From: a virus
Taxonomy: Duplodnaviria; Heunggongvirae; Uroviricota; Caudoviricetes
Virus record (IMG/VR): IMGVR_UViG_2718218361_000001
Length of the DNA: 18,292 nucleotides
Direction: 5' to 3' (one strand)
The position numbers and the translations under genes were made by a program. Numbering within the stretch: position 1 is the first letter of the stretch; every line of letters starts with the position of its first letter. The notes under the pieces were generated by a model. The model saw only the letters and a program-made list of their open reading frames with translations, searched no databases and had not been told where the DNA came from. Shown piece after piece: positions 16,513-18,292 of the stretch.

Positions 16513-17706
16513 TTACTTGCTATTCACTATGAAATTGCCCCACCAATTCATAAGGCCCTTTCTTTTTTCAAGGTAAGTGGAACGATTGTATGCTCTGCGA
16601 ACCTCATTCTTCTCAATGTGAGCAAGCGCTGCTTCAATCACATCTGAATTTAAACCAGCTTCATTCATTGCTGTACTCGCTATAGAGCGTAAACCATGTG
16701 CAACTAATTTACCCCCATATCCAATCCGTTTTAAAGCAGCATTTGCCGTCTGGCTATTCATTGGTTGCTTTGGGTCATTCCGACTCGGAAAAACATGTTC
16801 ACGATGCGCACTGATAGGCTTCATAACATCAAGAATCTCTAATGCCTGAAGAGATAGTGGAACTATGTGCTCGCGCTTAGCCTTCATACGTTCGGCTGGA
16901 ATGGTCCAGAGCTTTGCTTCGAGATCGATCTCTGCCCACCGAGTACCAGATGCTTCAGAAGGACGCACAAGGGTCAGAAGCTGCCATTCAATGAGACAGC
17001 GAGTCGTAACAGATAGATTTGACATTACTAGAGAACGCATCAGCTTTGGTAATTCTTCTGGCCGAAGCGTCGGCATATTTTGTTTTTTTGGCTTTTCAAA
17101 GGCCATTCCAACACCTGATGCTGGGTTTGCATCAATCAGACCAGTGTTTACGGCATAAATCATTATCTCGTTAATACGCTGCACCAGTCGACGTACCGTC
17201 TCAAGCGCTCCACGAGCTTTTATTGGCTCAAGGGCTTCAACCAATGTTCGTGCTTTGATTTGCTGAACAGGGATTTCACCGATTGCAGGAAATACGTCTT
17301 TCTCCAGTGAGCGCCAAATGTCTTTTGCGTAGTCAGGGGTAACGCTTTTGCTTTTTAGCTTGAACCAGTTAGCGGCGACCGTTGAAAAAATACTTTCCAG
17401 AGCGATTTGCTGCTCTTCCTCTGCGGCTTCGGCTTGAATTTGTGGGTCGATTTTGTTGGCTAGTAAAGCAAGGTAATCCGCTCTTAGACTTCGAGCATCA
17501 GCAAGTGAAAGGGAGGGGAAGGCTCCGAGCCCCATCATGGTCCGCTGCTTTGTTGCCGGACGTAGATAGCGAAAGCGCCATAGTTTCTTGCCGCTGGTTT
17601 TCACTAGCAGGAAAAGTCCATCGCCATCATGCAGCGTTAGATCCTTATCGATTGCTTTTGCGCGCAGAACTTCGGTGTTGGTCAGGGGGCGTGTTGTCCG
17701 TGCCAC
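16513..17706 (-). CDS. int: P4-type tyrosine integrase (IntA-like), 397 aa
   Basis: GTG start at 17706 with AAGGAG 8 nt upstream. N-terminus MARTTRPLT...DGDGLFLLV and C-terminal HGLRSIAST...VRRAYNRSTY (H-x-x-R and catalytic Tyr) resemble my recollection of CP4-57 IntA. Lies next to the ssrA 3' end in the same orientation. Confidence 0.92.
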   Translation of the reverse strand: MARTTRPLTNTEVLRAKAIDKDLTLHDGDGLFLLVKTSGKKLWRFRYLRPATKQRTMMGLGAFPSLSLADARSLRADYLALLANKIDPQIQAEAAEEEQQIALESIFSTVAANWFKLKSKSVTPDYAKDIWRSLEKDVFPAIGEIPVQQIKARTLVEALEPIKARGALETVRRLVQRINEIMIYAVNTGLIDANPASGVGMAFEKPKKQNMPTLRPEELPKLMRSLVMSNLSVTTRCLIEWQLLTLVRPSEASGTRWAEIDLEAKLWTIPAERMKAKREHIVPLSLQALEILDVMKPISAHREHVFPSRNDPKQPMNSQTANAALKRIGYGGKLVAHGLRSIASTAMNEAGLNSDVIEAALAHIEKNEVRRAYNRSTYLEKRKGLMNWWGNFIVNSK

Positions 17707-17728
17707 TGTGGCCGCTCCTTCATGAGTT

Positions 17729-17775
17729 GGTATACGCTTTTAGGTATACATCCTACCGTATACCTAAACGTATAC
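17729..17775. repeat. Integrase arm-type-like repeat cluster between int and ssrA
   Basis: Four (G/C)GTATAC units starting at 17729, 17743, 17757 and 17769 (spacing 14, 14, 12 bp). The last two are duplicated at 5782-5805. Confidence 0.5.
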
Positions 17776-17890
17776 CAATAATCACAGGATTTAGCCGGAT
17801 ATTGTCGGACAACGACAGACACAAAAAAGCCCGCAGGGCTTATGCCGTGCGGGCTTTCTGTACTTCACCGGACGAATCCGGATCATTATT

Positions 17891-18253
17891 TGGTGGAGCT
17901 GGCGGGAGTTGAACCCGCGTCCGAAATTCCTACATCCTCGGTACTACATGCTTAGTCAGTCTTTACATTCGCTTGCCAGCTGCGGACGGACACGCCACTA
18001 ACAAACTAGCCTGATTAAGTTTTAACGCTTCAACCCCAGGCAGGGCTTCCACGCGATCTCTTTTGGGTTTGACCTCTCTTGATCCCCGTCCTAAGAGCGG
18101 AGGCTAGGGAGAGAGGGCTCTAAGCAGGTTATTAAGCTGCTAAAGCGTAGTTTTCGTCGTTTGCGACTATTTTTTGCGGCTTTTTACGAGGCCAACCGCC
18201 CCTCGGCATGCACCTTGGGTTTCGCAAATCCCGTCGAATCCAGAATCAGCCCC
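17891..18253 (-). ncRNA. ssrA: tmRNA (SsrA), 363 nt
   Basis: Reverse complement begins GGGGCTGATTCTGGATTCGACGGG and ends GGTTCAACTCCCGCCAGCTCCACCA, matching E. coli ssrA as I recall it. Contains GCAAACGACGAAAACTACGCTTTAGCAGCTTAA, which encodes the ANDENYALAA tag peptide. Confidence 0.95.
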
Positions 18254-18292
18254 AATGTGTAAAGGTAAGTATACCAGATTTATGAGCGCCAT

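Larger units (their letters stand above)
5706..17890. mobile_element. P4-like phage satellite integrated at ssrA (about 12.2 kb)
   Basis: Gene content and order match the P4 plan: int next to an RNA-gene 3' end, variable cargo, cos-like site, Psu/Sid/Ogr-Delta late operon, AlpA/Vis regulator, alpha-type primase with iterons on both sides. Bounded by ssrA on the right and a degenerate ssrA-end repeat plus duplicated arm-type sites on the left. Left boundary is approximate. Confidence 0.75.

Noticed and set aside
16865-17912. Plus-strand ORFs (97 aa and 176 aa) overlapping the integrase gene and running into ssrA
   Set aside because: Antisense to the integrase, which has clear catalytic motifs; the longer one would read through the att/ssrA region.
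18254-18292. ssrA promoter call (TATACT-like -10 on the minus strand)
   Set aside because: Only about 40 nt of upstream sequence is in the window and no -35 is visible, so I did not list it as a feature.

Overview
Enterobacterial (E. coli-like) chromosomal region ending at the tmRNA gene ssrA (17891-18253, minus strand), a known island integration site. Next to ssrA lies a ~12.2 kb P4-like phage satellite (about 5706-17890). It carries a GTG-initiated P4-type tyrosine integrase, then an AT-rich two-gene cargo (SIR2-like protein plus HerA-like ATPase) in the variable int-psu position, which is the main candidate for a defence system here. Further left are a possible cos site, a late operon (Sid-like, Psu, Ogr/Delta zinc-finger activator, a second Sid/Psu-family paralog), an iteron-rich ori-like region, an AlpA/Vis-family regulator, three small coupled ORFs, and a P4 alpha-type primase followed by crr-like iterons. 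Left of the satellite (1-5700) is older decayed island DNA: a low-GC hypothetical gene, fragments of an IS3-family transposase and a serine recombinase, and a large autotransporter gene broken by homopolymer frameshifts. Degenerate copies of the ssrA 3' end near 1531 and 5706 suggest serial integrations. No CRISPR array, rRNA or tRNA was seen. All functional calls come from reading motifs in the translations and from recalled reference sequences; no database search was run.
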